64,000 nucleotides of DNA, from positions 1 to 64,000 of IMG/VR virus record IMGVR_UViG_3300021138_000017; one strand, 5' to 3'. Numbering within the stretch: position 1 is the stretch's first letter; each line of letters starts with the position of its first letter. Below, piece by piece: positions 27,730-37,617 of the stretch. The position numbers and the translations under genes are program-made. Source of the DNA: a virus. The notes under the pieces are model-generated. The model worked only from the letters and a program-made list of their open reading frames with translations. It searched no databases and had not been told where the DNA came from.

Positions 27730-28560
27730 ATGCAAAAAATAAATTCATTCCTTTACTACATACTGTATCCTGTCCATCTAATTGCGTGGATAGGATTAGC
27801 AGTTTATCTCACATTTTTTAATTTTACATTTATAAACTTAATAGAACTAACAATTGGTTGGATTTTAATCGAAGGATTAGGAGTAGCGGTTATACTACAT
27901 CGTTATGTAAGCCATCGATCAGTAGAAATAAAACCCATACTCAAACCTGTGTTATTATGGTTAAGTTGTTTAAGCCTACAAGGCAGTCCGCTAGGTTGGG
28001 CGGCAGTACATAGAGGAAGTCATCATAGATACAGCGATACTGAAAAAGACGCACATTCTCCATCTAAAGGAAAATTGTATGCTTGGCATACATGGCTACA
28101 TGATTGGGATAGATATTTCAATCCAAAATATGTCATTGACTTAATTAAAGATCCTATTCATTTATGGTTTGCTAAACACTATAACTGGGTGATATTTTTC
28201 ACTTATGCTGTAGTTGGTGTAATTTCTTGGCAGTTACTTTTATTTGGGTTTATAATTCCGGCAGCTATCAGTTTGTATATGGAAAGTAATATTAATGTTT
28301 TTTGTCATACCCCAGGACAAGGATACAGAAATTTTGATACTAAAGATAATAGTCAAAATGTTCCATTGCTTGCTTGGATTACCTGGGGACAGGGGTGGCA
28401 CAATAATCATCATGCTAAAGCTAGTTCATACGATTTTGGAACTTCAGTTAGTGGCAAACCATACGAATGGGATTTTAGTTTAATATTTTTACCATTAATT
28501 GCTACAAAAGAAAGTAGACAAGCCATTTTAAACAATAGAAATGCTGTTCACTCACAATAA
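27730..28560 (+). CDS. membrane fatty-acid (delta-9-like) desaturase
   Basis: His boxes HRYVSH, HRGSHH, HNNHH; DAHSP; TM helices. Confidence 0.92.
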   Translation: MQKINSFLYYILYPVHLIAWIGLAVYLTFFNFTFINLIELTIGWILIEGLGVAVILHRYVSHRSVEIKPILKPVLLWLSCLSLQGSPLGWAAVHRGSHHRYSDTEKDAHSPSKGKLYAWHTWLHDWDRYFNPKYVIDLIKDPIHLWFAKHYNWVIFFTYAVVGVISWQLLLFGFIIPAAISLYMESNINVFCHTPGQGYRNFDTKDNSQNVPLLAWITWGQGWHNNHHAKASSYDFGTSVSGKPYEWDFSLIFLPLIATKESRQAILNNRNAVHSQ

Positions 28561-29467
28561 TCATTTAACCTATAGCGTAGGAAACAAAGAATATGGCTAT
28601 AGAGATAATTCTGTTGAACGGTATTCTGTAAATTTAGGGCAAGTTGATTTAGATAGATATTCTAAAAGCTCTTATGCAAATGAATTACATAGAACAGCAA
28701 AATTAGTAAATCAAGATTTAGGAAATGATCTAGTGCTGTTTTTATCAGGCGGAACTGACAGTGAAATAGTTTTACGTAATTTTGTTCATAATGGTTTCAA
28801 ACCCAGATGTATTGTTCTCAAGTTTGAAAATAACTACAATATAACCGAAGTTAAAGAAGCACATGAAATCGCGCAGGCGCTTGACGTAAAATTAGAAACT
28901 GTTGACTTTAATGTACATGAATTTTTTTATTCAGGAGAAGCTATAGAGTTCGGGGAACAAATACAGTGTACTCAACTTACGTATCTTATGATTTATAATA
29001 GTATTTTAAAATTAGGTACTCCTGCGGTTATGGGAGGAGAAGCCTTATTAACACGCTATGTTAATCAGACTGATAGCTATTGGTATTATACGTTTAGAGA
29101 AAACGAGGATGCCAGTGCCATACGTTTTTCTAATAAATTTAATATACCGTTAGTTAATGAGTGGTTCAGTTACACTCCTGAACTCTTACTATATTATTTA
29201 GAACATCCTAGTATAAAAAGACTAGTTTCAGAAAAATATAATTACAAAATAACTTCTGTTAGCAGTAAAAACTCTATACTAAATGAATTGTATCCTGGTA
29301 CTAGAACAAAAAATAAAAAACACGGATTTGAAAGTTTATTGGCATTTAATAATCTAGCTTACGAAGATATTGGTAAAAATCAAATACCACGATTAGAATT
29401 TAGCTTGGATGGAATACCCTATAGTCAAGCAATACTAAACTTAAAAGGTTTCTATGAAAGTTGTTGA
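28541..29467 (+). CDS. PP-loop ATP pyrophosphatase, subfamily B
   Basis: FLSGGTDSE; EWFSYTPE; KHGFE. Confidence 0.75.
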   Translation: MLFTHNNHLTYSVGNKEYGYRDNSVERYSVNLGQVDLDRYSKSSYANELHRTAKLVNQDLGNDLVLFLSGGTDSEIVLRNFVHNGFKPRCIVLKFENNYNITEVKEAHEIAQALDVKLETVDFNVHEFFYSGEAIEFGEQIQCTQLTYLMIYNSILKLGTPAVMGGEALLTRYVNQTDSYWYYTFRENEDASAIRFSNKFNIPLVNEWFSYTPELLLYYLEHPSIKRLVSEKYNYKITSVSSKNSILNELYPGTRTKNKKHGFESLLAFNNLAYEDIGKNQIPRLEFSLDGIPYSQAILNLKGFYESC

Positions 29468-30023
29468 ACTAACTAACGAACACGAGGTTTCTATTAGACA
29501 CTTGTTTAACAAAAATCAATCTGTATTCGATGATCAAAACAGTGCTGAATTTTTAGAATACAAAATATTTTTAGAAACATATTTGTCAAATTTATCTAGA
29601 TATAAAGCATTTGGTTTAGAAGATAGCAGTGGTATGCTATTAGGTTTGATATCTTTTTATATTAGCCATAACGAACCAGTTTGGTATATTACTACACTTC
29701 GTTCAACAAATAATAAAATCATTGGACCTATCTTAATAGAAGCTGTTATAAAATATAATGAAGAATACGGTAGGTATAGATTTTATACATTGTTGCCAAC
29801 AAAATACAGTAAATTTTTAAGAAAATTTGTATTCAGCAAAAATATCAAAGAAAGATATGAGTACATTGATGAATGTTTAGTGCCAGCAAAAACTAAGTGT
29901 ATCTATCAAAATTTTTGGAATATACTTTTCAACAGAACGTTGTCTCTTGAAGACAATATAGTTAGATGTACATATCTAAAACAAGAATATAGAAAAAATA
30001 TACCTATTGGTGGGAATTTATAA
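29454..30023 (+). CDS. GNAT-fold protein
   Basis: LLGLISF..WYIT..IGPILIEAVIKY pattern. Confidence 0.5.
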   Translation: MKVVELTNEHEVSIRHLFNKNQSVFDDQNSAEFLEYKIFLETYLSNLSRYKAFGLEDSSGMLLGLISFYISHNEPVWYITTLRSTNNKIIGPILIEAVIKYNEEYGRYRFYTLLPTKYSKFLRKFVFSKNIKERYEYIDECLVPAKTKCIYQNFWNILFNRTLSLEDNIVRCTYLKQEYRKNIPIGGNL

Positions 30024-30625
30024 TGATGGTAAGCCCGTACAAATTATTTGAATCTACGTTGAATTGCTATAAAATCAATAGTAATGAGGAATTAGGCAAC
30101 ACCTTACGCGAGTTTTTTAATCAACCAACAAACGACTATCTTTGGAAATTATCAACTCATAGACAAACAGTTACCCACGCCTTAAGGAATACAGAAACAA
30201 TACATTTGAGACACTTGGAACATTTTCCTAAAAACTTTGATACACTACAACTAAATCAACTTATGGAAGTAAAACAATCTCTACTAGCGGAAATAGCTGT
30301 ATTTAAAAAAGCTGTAAATTGGTTTGAAGAAGTTTTAATGAACACAGGCGCAAACACAGTAGAATTAGGTAGGATTTTTATTAGCAAGTTGTCTCCAAAT
30401 TCTAAAGTTGATCTTCATACGGATGAAGGAAATTATTTTAGCTATTATGACAGATTTCATTTTACAGTTACTGCCGCTGTAGATAATATATTTTCTATAC
30501 AAGACAAAAACTATACTTTAGAACAAGACTCTTTATACTGGGTTAACAATCATGTTCCGCATTGGTTAGAAAATAAAAGTAAATTTGGTAGAATAAATTT
30601 TATTGTAGACGCTAGACTATCATGA
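30023..30625 (+). CDS. Asp/Asn beta-hydroxylase-like Fe/2OG oxygenase
   Basis: LHTDEG..RFH..VNNHVPH..N..RINFIVD. Confidence 0.8.
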   Translation: MMVSPYKLFESTLNCYKINSNEELGNTLREFFNQPTNDYLWKLSTHRQTVTHALRNTETIHLRHLEHFPKNFDTLQLNQLMEVKQSLLAEIAVFKKAVNWFEEVLMNTGANTVELGRIFISKLSPNSKVDLHTDEGNYFSYYDRFHFTVTAAVDNIFSIQDKNYTLEQDSLYWVNNHVPHWLENKSKFGRINFIVDARLS

Positions 30626-31506
30626 ACATTGAAAATATATATGATACATGGGGATCTATAATTTATTTAGATTCGCCAGAAGAATTTTTTACTATGGACA
30701 AAGATTATTGGAGAAATTTAATATATGCCCGTAAACTTATAATTTTTAAAAAAGTAAACTTTACAAAAACACAATACGCTGAATTTAGTTTTCACTTTGG
30801 AAGTCCTTGGAAAATAGAAGACTATCGATATTCTAAAGAATGGGCAGAAATTGTAAACACCAAATATGGTAATCAAATTATCAGTCCTTTCAGTAACGAA
30901 CTTATTAAAAAAATACCTCCAGAGTTTATGCCTTGGCATGCTGATATACCAAATAGACAGTTCAACCCTTTTCCTTTTAGAAGTTTATGGATAACCAGTA
31001 ATCCAAATCCTGACAATTCAGGTCAAACTATATGGATGAATTTAGAAGAATCATTTGACTATCTTACAGATGAAATGAAGGAACTAATACCTAAAGTTAC
31101 AGTAGTACAGCAAAGTTGGTATGAGCCAGGAAAAGATATACAAGAATTTCCTTTAATAAAAATTCATCCTATTACCAAAACAAAATCTTTACGATTAAAT
31201 CATTATAATTGGGGGTTAAACAAATCTGCTTGGATAATTGATGTAAAGATAAACAATGTTTCTCAAAAAAATTGTGCTCTTATTAAAGAGTATCTAGACT
31301 ACCTGGAAAGAATAAACAAATTAAAATACCAACATCGTTGGGATTTATATGACATAGCACTGTATGATAATTATTCGTTCGTTCACGCTAGAACTGCTTT
31401 AAACTTTGACAACAATAATAGCATAAGACATTTTTATAGAATCAATATAGATCATCTCGATGATAAAGAATGGCATAATCATAAAACCCAATATTTTAAT
31501 TTATAA
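30622..31506 (+). CDS. TauD/clavaminate-synthase-family dioxygenase
   Basis: WHAD, GQT, HPITK, HRW..DIALYDN..VHAR..R. Confidence 0.85.
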   Translation: MNIENIYDTWGSIIYLDSPEEFFTMDKDYWRNLIYARKLIIFKKVNFTKTQYAEFSFHFGSPWKIEDYRYSKEWAEIVNTKYGNQIISPFSNELIKKIPPEFMPWHADIPNRQFNPFPFRSLWITSNPNPDNSGQTIWMNLEESFDYLTDEMKELIPKVTVVQQSWYEPGKDIQEFPLIKIHPITKTKSLRLNHYNWGLNKSAWIIDVKINNVSQKNCALIKEYLDYLERINKLKYQHRWDLYDIALYDNYSFVHARTALNFDNNNSIRHFYRINIDHLDDKEWHNHKTQYFNL

Positions 31507-31508
31507 AT

Positions 31509-32762
31509 ATGTCTATGCTAAAAAAAGTAATACCAATTAGTTCTACCGTCTGTGCTGTTCCTTGGATGCATCTTAATTTTGAACCTAGTGGTAAAGTAAT
31601 TACTTGTTGTCTCACTAGTAGTTTTCAAGCACACTTGGGCGACTTAAAGTCGCAGTCAATTGAAGAAATTTGGAATAGTGATAAACAAAAATCTATACGC
31701 AAGGATATGATAGAAGGTAAGGAACCTGGAGTATGTTCTAAGTGCTTTGACAGAGAACGAGTCACAGGAGAAAGTGGTAGGGTTTATCATAACAGAGATT
31801 TTCCTGAAGTAATAGAGTCTATACCCGATATTACCTTAGAAGATGGTACGTGTACAACAATGGATTTAAAATACTGGGATTTTAGATTTAGTAATATTTG
31901 TAACTTCAAATGCCGTAGTTGTGGTCCAAGATACAGTAGTGCTTGGGTACCTGATGCTAAAAAATTAGGATATACTGATCAAGAAAAAGTTTGGACAATA
32001 GATAATATTGATGATAAAACTAACTATGATTTTCTCGAAGATCAAATTGACACAGTAAAAAGAATTTATTTTGCCGGAGGCGAACCGTTACTAATGCCTG
32101 AACATTGGCAAATACTAGATATGCTCGTTGAAAAGAAAAGATTTGATGTTAAACTTTCTTACAACACTAATTGTTCGGTGTTAGAATATAATAAAAAAAA
32201 TATCATTGATTATTGGAGCCAGTGGCAATCTGGTAAGTTAGAAATTTGGCCCAGTATTGACGAAATTGGAGAAAGAGCAGAACTCATTCGTTCTGGAACA
32301 GTATGGTCTACTGTAGATAGCAATCTTAAAAAATTAGTTCTTATAGAAAAAGCTCTTATACGTCCTCATATTACAGTAGCGGCATGGAATGTTCATAGAC
32401 TTCCTGAAATTATTGAGTATTTTATTAGTGTAGGTGTCATAAGCGAAAAATGGCGTTATCAAAATTTTTACTTAAATTTACTAGAATATCCACAATATTA
32501 TAATGTGCAAATACTATCAGACGAATTTAAAAAAGCTACTATAACTAAACTACAGTCCTTTATTGAAGATTATAATAAAAAATATAATGTTGACATAAAC
32601 TATTTGTTTAAATATACTCTACATGAATTAGAAAAACCACACAATGAATCTCTAGCTAGAAAATTCCTAAGTATGACAAACAGTATAGACATTGTAAGAA
32701 ACGAAAAATTACTCGATGTAGTAACAGAATTACAACACTTAAAAGACCAATATGAAAATTAA
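31509..32762 (+). CDS. radical SAM enzyme with N-terminal SPASM/twitch domain
   Basis: CAVPW..CC..IWNS..CSKC; CNFKCRSC; FAGGEP. True start may be 31515. Confidence 0.9.
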   Translation: MSMLKKVIPISSTVCAVPWMHLNFEPSGKVITCCLTSSFQAHLGDLKSQSIEEIWNSDKQKSIRKDMIEGKEPGVCSKCFDRERVTGESGRVYHNRDFPEVIESIPDITLEDGTCTTMDLKYWDFRFSNICNFKCRSCGPRYSSAWVPDAKKLGYTDQEKVWTIDNIDDKTNYDFLEDQIDTVKRIYFAGGEPLLMPEHWQILDMLVEKKRFDVKLSYNTNCSVLEYNKKNIIDYWSQWQSGKLEIWPSIDEIGERAELIRSGTVWSTVDSNLKKLVLIEKALIRPHITVAAWNVHRLPEIIEYFISVGVISEKWRYQNFYLNLLEYPQYYNVQILSDEFKKATITKLQSFIEDYNKKYNVDINYLFKYTLHELEKPHNESLARKFLSMTNSIDIVRNEKLLDVVTELQHLKDQYEN

Positions 32763-33723
32763 TAAAATTTTTAGAGATTTATCTAGACCCAGCTATTTTT
32801 GTGTAGACTGGATGCTACACGATCGTTGTACTTACGACTGTAGCTATTGTCCACCGAGTAACAAAAGTGGAACTGATAGTTGGCTGACTTTAGACACACT
32901 AGATGAATTTTGCGATGGATTAGATCGTCATGTTCAAACTGTCAATCCTGATATGCAAATACACATAATATTCTCAGGAGGTGAGCCCACTGTATGGCGT
33001 GATTTCAGTGAGCTAGTAGATAGAATGGCAGCTAGAAGGTGGGCTATGAGTTTGAACAGTAATGGATCAAGAAGCCTTAGATGGTGGCAGGAAAATGCTC
33101 ATAAATTTGTAAAAATATATTTAAGTTATCACACAGAACAAGTTAATGATGAAGATTTTTTAGAAAAAGTAAAAGTTTGTGAAGAACACACAGTTGTAGG
33201 AGTAAACGTAATGATGAATCCTGATCCTGAACGATTCGAACAAGCTATAAGATTTACAGAAAGATTGCGTACAGAAACTGAAAAATGCCACTATGCCCAT
33301 CACCAAATACAATATAACTTTGGTAATACTGAAATAAAAGTTCCGCAATATACAGAAGAACAAAAACTTACTATTCTTAACTTAAAACACAGATGGACTC
33401 CTAAATATAATTTATCAAAATATGACAGTAATCATATGATGGAATATGAGGATGGAACTAAAAGTCATTTCAATGGATTACAATTAATAAAAACTAATCA
33501 AGCTAATTTCCAAGGTTGGGAATGTGCAGCAGGACTAGAGGGTATTTGGATTAGTGCTAGAGGAGAAATTATGCGTGGTACTTGCCACGTTAGTGGCCTT
33601 TTAGGTAATATACTTGAACCTGACAAAATTCAATGGCCTACCGAAACTGTTACTTGTCCGTATGCGTGGTGTGGCTGTTTGCCTGACATGTTAAATACAA
33701 AAACTCGTCCTCAAAATGTTTAA
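32752..33723 (+). CDS. radical SAM enzyme with C-terminal Cys cluster
   Basis: CTYDCSYC, SGGEPT, CAAG..C..CPYAWCGC. Confidence 0.9.
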   Translation: MKINKIFRDLSRPSYFCVDWMLHDRCTYDCSYCPPSNKSGTDSWLTLDTLDEFCDGLDRHVQTVNPDMQIHIIFSGGEPTVWRDFSELVDRMAARRWAMSLNSNGSRSLRWWQENAHKFVKIYLSYHTEQVNDEDFLEKVKVCEEHTVVGVNVMMNPDPERFEQAIRFTERLRTETEKCHYAHHQIQYNFGNTEIKVPQYTEEQKLTILNLKHRWTPKYNLSKYDSNHMMEYEDGTKSHFNGLQLIKTNQANFQGWECAAGLEGIWISARGEIMRGTCHVSGLLGNILEPDKIQWPTETVTCPYAWCGCLPDMLNTKTRPQNV

Positions 33724-34258
33724 CCAAGACGCTTTCAGCAATGGACAAATAGACAGTAAACTATGGTTATGTAGAGAATTAGAATCCTTAGAATGGTCTA
33801 GTGATTATACTCAAATATATGGCGGATGGTATGGGGTTCTTGCTTTTTTACTACTAAGTCGAGAAAAATTTTGTGTAGGTCGTATTGAAAGTTTTGATAT
33901 AGACCCTACTTGTGAACATATAGCCGACATGATTAATGAAAACTGGGTAATAAAGGAATGGCGATTTAAAGCGTTTACTTTAGACTGTAGTAAAGGTGTT
34001 AGAGGTAATCCTGACTTAATAATTAATACCAGTAGCGAACATTTTAACAATACAGAATGGTTTGATAATATTAGACCAGGAACTCGTGTTATTATACAAG
34101 GAAACAATATGCCGCACGAGGATCATTTTGTACATACCAATACTCTGGAAGATTTTGTTAGGCAGTATCCTTTGTCAGAAATAGCGTATAAAGGATCTTT
34201 AGAATTTAAATACCCTGATTGGATTTTTACAAGATTTATGCTGATTGGTACAAAATAA
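33716..34258 (+). CDS. class I SAM-dependent methyltransferase-like
   Basis: IYGGWYG, FDIDP, INTSSEH. Confidence 0.65.
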   Translation: MFNQDAFSNGQIDSKLWLCRELESLEWSSDYTQIYGGWYGVLAFLLLSREKFCVGRIESFDIDPTCEHIADMINENWVIKEWRFKAFTLDCSKGVRGNPDLIINTSSEHFNNTEWFDNIRPGTRVIIQGNNMPHEDHFVHTNTLEDFVRQYPLSEIAYKGSLEFKYPDWIFTRFMLIGTK

Positions 34259-35194
34259 TTACCAACCTTCTATTTCTCGTATAACATCCATTTCAGTTAC
34301 CATTACTCCTTTGTTTTTTCTATCAATCATATAATAATTTTTGAAAAACTTACTGGATTTTTCGTCTAACATAATAATAGGCAAATCAAGTTGATTGTGT
34401 AAGTCTGGACTTATTCTTCCTGCGATTATTTCTGGGTTGTGTCCATCGATAGTATCATAGATTTTCTTTAGTGCATCAAAATCTCTAACTTCTCTGTAAT
34501 CCCAAGCTGAGTTAAGCATAGTCATATACGTGCCCATTCTGGAACCCAACATTGACCAAATGCCATTTTCAACGTCACGCCCAACATTATGCCAAATACT
34601 TAGATTATCTAAATTCCTTTTGTGTGCTTGCTCTTTAAAACTTGCTACAGATGGCTTCACACCTCGATTCAAACACATTTTTACGCCTTCTCTAAATCCT
34701 GCACGCCAGGCTTGAAATGGACTGGCATTTATGTAAGTAGTAGAATAACAGTCGTACATGGCAATGTATTTAGGATCAAAACAAAATTCAACAGTGGTTT
34801 CGTCATCACCAGCAGAAGATTCGTGTGTTCGCATGTTATAAACAAATTCTTTGGTCCAGCAACTTAGACCGCCGTTTCCATATAGTAAACCATTTGTATT
34901 ATTACGTGCTTTCCAACGAAATACATGAGTAGAATTTAAGTCATTTAATATTAATTGTTTATTAAAAAAATCTTCATCAGGAATATTATCTCCGTCAATT
35001 AAAATAAATCTATCAGTATCACTAGCGTCTGCGGCTGCTTTGTGCGCGGCGTCTGATCCTTTAACTCCGTCAACCCTAGTAGCCCAAGGTATCATGTTAT
35101 GTATTTTTACCCAATTCTCTTCTTTGTTTGGTTCGTCGTAACTCAAGTATATTACGTCTAATGTATCTATATCTATAATTGTTTGATTATTCAT
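34259..35194 (-). CDS. glycosyltransferase-like (GT-A)
   Basis: YLSYDE..AHKAAA..LIDGD..YGNGG. Confidence 0.7.
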   Translation of the reverse strand: MNNQTIIDIDTLDVIYLSYDEPNKEENWVKIHNMIPWATRVDGVKGSDAAHKAAADASDTDRFILIDGDNIPDEDFFNKQLILNDLNSTHVFRWKARNNTNGLLYGNGGLSCWTKEFVYNMRTHESSAGDDETTVEFCFDPKYIAMYDCYSTTYINASPFQAWRAGFREGVKMCLNRGVKPSVASFKEQAHKRNLDNLSIWHNVGRDVENGIWSMLGSRMGTYMTMLNSAWDYREVRDFDALKKIYDTIDGHNPEIIAGRISPDLHNQLDLPIIMLDEKSSKFFKNYYMIDRKNKGVMVTEMDVIREIEGW

Positions 35195-35507
35195 GTAAAT
35201 TCCATTTAGTATGTGGCACTAATTCACTTACAACAACACTGACGTCATCAGGATGGCAAGGTGTCCCAGTATTTCTTGGTGATAATTTTTTTATAAAAAC
35301 AGTATTTATAATTTTTAAAGTTTTATCGACAACTTTAGCGTGTGTAGGTGGATTTAAATATATTTCTCTACTAATGTCTATATAATTACCTGGTAAATCT
35401 TCCTGACTATAAAAAAGAGGAGAACCTTGATCATCATAATACAATCTATACAGTATAGGGTTTATTTTTTTAGGCTGTAATGCCGCCCAAAATTCCTGTT
35501 CATTCAT
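35187..35507 (-). CDS. hypothetical protein
   Basis: coupled ORF in operon. Confidence 0.7.
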   Translation of the reverse strand: MNEQEFWAALQPKKINPILYRLYYDDQGSPLFYSQEDLPGNYIDISREIYLNPPTHAKVVDKTLKIINTVFIKKLSPRNTGTPCHPDDVSVVVSELVPHTKWNLHE

Positions 35508-35745
35508 CAGTTGACCTTAATTCAGATCGTTTTTCCTGTATGGTTTTTTCTTTGAAAAATTTACGAGGATTGCCACACATAGCACAGTTAGGATCTCCGC
35601 AGGTAGTGGCATGTAATTTTGCTAATTGATGCTCAGGTTCTGTAGGAAACCCGTGAGCTTTAGCAATAGCTTTTTGTTTTTCAATAGCTGTTTGATCTTT
35701 GTGTAATCTTTTACTGTGTTTAAGTTTATCTGCGTCTTTACTCAT
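35500..35745 (-). CDS. small basic Zn-finger-like protein
   Basis: H..CGDPNCAMCGNPR. Confidence 0.7.
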   Translation of the reverse strand: MSKDADKLKHSKRLHKDQTAIEKQKAIAKAHGFPTEPEHQLAKLHATTCGDPNCAMCGNPRKFFKEKTIQEKRSELRSTDE

Positions 35746-36469
35746 TTGCTAGATCCTTTATGTGATAATGCACTAACCCCCACTGTGCTACTGTATTGAT
35801 TCTAACTCCTGGGTTAGTATGCTCTAGTATTAACTCATCGTGCCAGTTATCTGAAATAGTGGGGATAATATGTTTTTTCATATGTACTATTGTTGGCGCT
35901 AATCCTTTGGGTAATGTAACAGTTTCAATTCCCATTACAATTGCCGCAATACTATAAACAACATCAGTAGTAGGCAAATCATCTGGAAATTTTAATAATA
36001 ATTTATATTGATCCCAATTTTCAAAAATATTACGAACTATTTCAAAAAAATCCTTTGCTGTATTACTTATTTGCCAGTAAGTTATGGCATTATATAAATC
36101 AGGAAGATTATTGTTATCAAATATTTTGCGATAATATCTAGATATGCTTGTTTGATTATAAAAATCTCTACAGCCTTGACTGATAACTACGTCCCGATTA
36201 CTAAACAAATCCCACCAATGATCAATGGGACCGGCACACCACATATCTGCTTCTAATTTGATTGTTTTTTCATAAGGACTAGCTTCATAACATTGCCAAT
36301 CATTAGCTAAACCACCTTGATTTCCGTAAGGCAACATGTCTTCAGTTAATATTGTAATGTCAGCATCAGGATGCCAATGTAATATTGTTTCAGCTAATCG
36401 CTCGGCACATTTTACATATACGTCTCCTATAGCCGGAATTAAATATCCGTATTCAATTAGATTTTTCAA
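35738..36469 (-). CDS. glycosyltransferase-like
   Basis: SPYEKTIKLEAD..HMK; paralog of the next gene. Confidence 0.65.
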   Translation of the reverse strand: MKNLIEYGYLIPAIGDVYVKCAERLAETILHWHPDADITILTEDMLPYGNQGGLANDWQCYEASPYEKTIKLEADMWCAGPIDHWWDLFSNRDVVISQGCRDFYNQTSISRYYRKIFDNNNLPDLYNAITYWQISNTAKDFFEIVRNIFENWDQYKLLLKFPDDLPTTDVVYSIAAIVMGIETVTLPKGLAPTIVHMKKHIIPTISDNWHDELILEHTNPGVRINTVAQWGLVHYHIKDLANE

Positions 36470-37253
36470 CTAAGTCTCCTAAAGATTTTTTACCCATAGC
36501 ATGAAAATCTTGACAAAATGTAATGTACTTTGCTTTATTATCTGGCGTTGTAAAATCTACTCTATATTGATCAATATCTAATTGTGATAAGGTACTGTTA
36601 GCAGGCAACGATGCCAAATTCCAAGGTATACCTTTGTGTTCTAATGAATGTCCATTTACTATATTCAGTGCTATACTTAAAGCAAAATCATTGCGATAAG
36701 TATCTTTGATTATATTGTACAAATCCCTGTAGTGTTGCCAATTATTTTTTACCATGTTCATTATATTAAAAATCATTTCAGCTTCTTTAGAACGACGAAA
36801 CAACATCACAGTTGCCCACCACATGGGCATTTTATAATTTCCAAGATTATTTAATTCATCAAAATTTTCTCTGTGTAATATGTCATAGGCTGTTTTATGT
36901 GCTAAAAAATCCGCGTCTACATCTAATATTTTAGTTAGTTCATTACTGGCAACAACATAGTCGGCATCTAATACTAGAGTAGTATCCCAAGGACTTAGTT
37001 TATAAGCATCAACACGATTGCCGTTATACCAAGTAACATTTATTGTTTGATCATGAAATTTTCTAGAATACTTGCCTTCTGGTGTAGCTGAAATTACTTT
37101 TTCAAATGAATATGTTGAAGGTATAGCTAAATCCGTTACAACAGCTACGGGCAAGTTTAAATGCCTGCGGATGTTTTTTGCTGACCAATTGGCCAAAGCA
37201 AGATAGTCTATTGTTTCATTATTAAACGCAAAAATTAATACGCCCGTGGTCAT
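36453..37253 (-). CDS. glycosyltransferase-like (GT-A, DxD)
   Basis: SPWDTTLVLDADY, RNDFA, HAMGK. Confidence 0.7.
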   Translation of the reverse strand: MTTGVLIFAFNNETIDYLALANWSAKNIRRHLNLPVAVVTDLAIPSTYSFEKVISATPEGKYSRKFHDQTINVTWYNGNRVDAYKLSPWDTTLVLDADYVVASNELTKILDVDADFLAHKTAYDILHRENFDELNNLGNYKMPMWWATVMLFRRSKEAEMIFNIMNMVKNNWQHYRDLYNIIKDTYRNDFALSIALNIVNGHSLEHKGIPWNLASLPANSTLSQLDIDQYRVDFTTPDNKAKYITFCQDFHAMGKKSLGDLVEKSN

Positions 37254-37558
37254 CTGTTTTTGCTAAGTTGTTCATACTCATCATGCCAAGCTGCCATTTG
37301 TTCTTTCCAACGTTCTTGACTTAACTTCATTAGATCTCTTGTATTAATTTGTATGGGATTTTCGTAGAGGTCTGGTAAAAATGCTACTCCATCACTGCCA
37401 CAAGTGAATATCATAGTTTGTAACTCCGGACCAGCACGCCACATTCCACCATTGTAAGCAAATACCATTTTTCCTTGATATTTTTCTCGTAGTGTACGTT
37501 TGGCAGCTTCATAGGCAAAACGAGCTCGACTATGTGCTATTAAATTATCAGTATCCAT
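37250..37558 (-). CDS. hypothetical protein, leaderless
   Basis: TTGACT-N16-TATAAT-N6-ATG on - strand (37565-37592). Confidence 0.7.
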   Translation of the reverse strand: MDTDNLIAHSRARFAYEAAKRTLREKYQGKMVFAYNGGMWRAGPELQTMIFTCGSDGVAFLPDLYENPIQINTRDLMKLSQERWKEQMAAWHDEYEQLSKNR

Positions 37559-37617
37559 ACTGTTATTATACTGTTTTAAATAAAAAAGTCAACAGTTTTA
37601 AAGAATTTTGGTAATAC

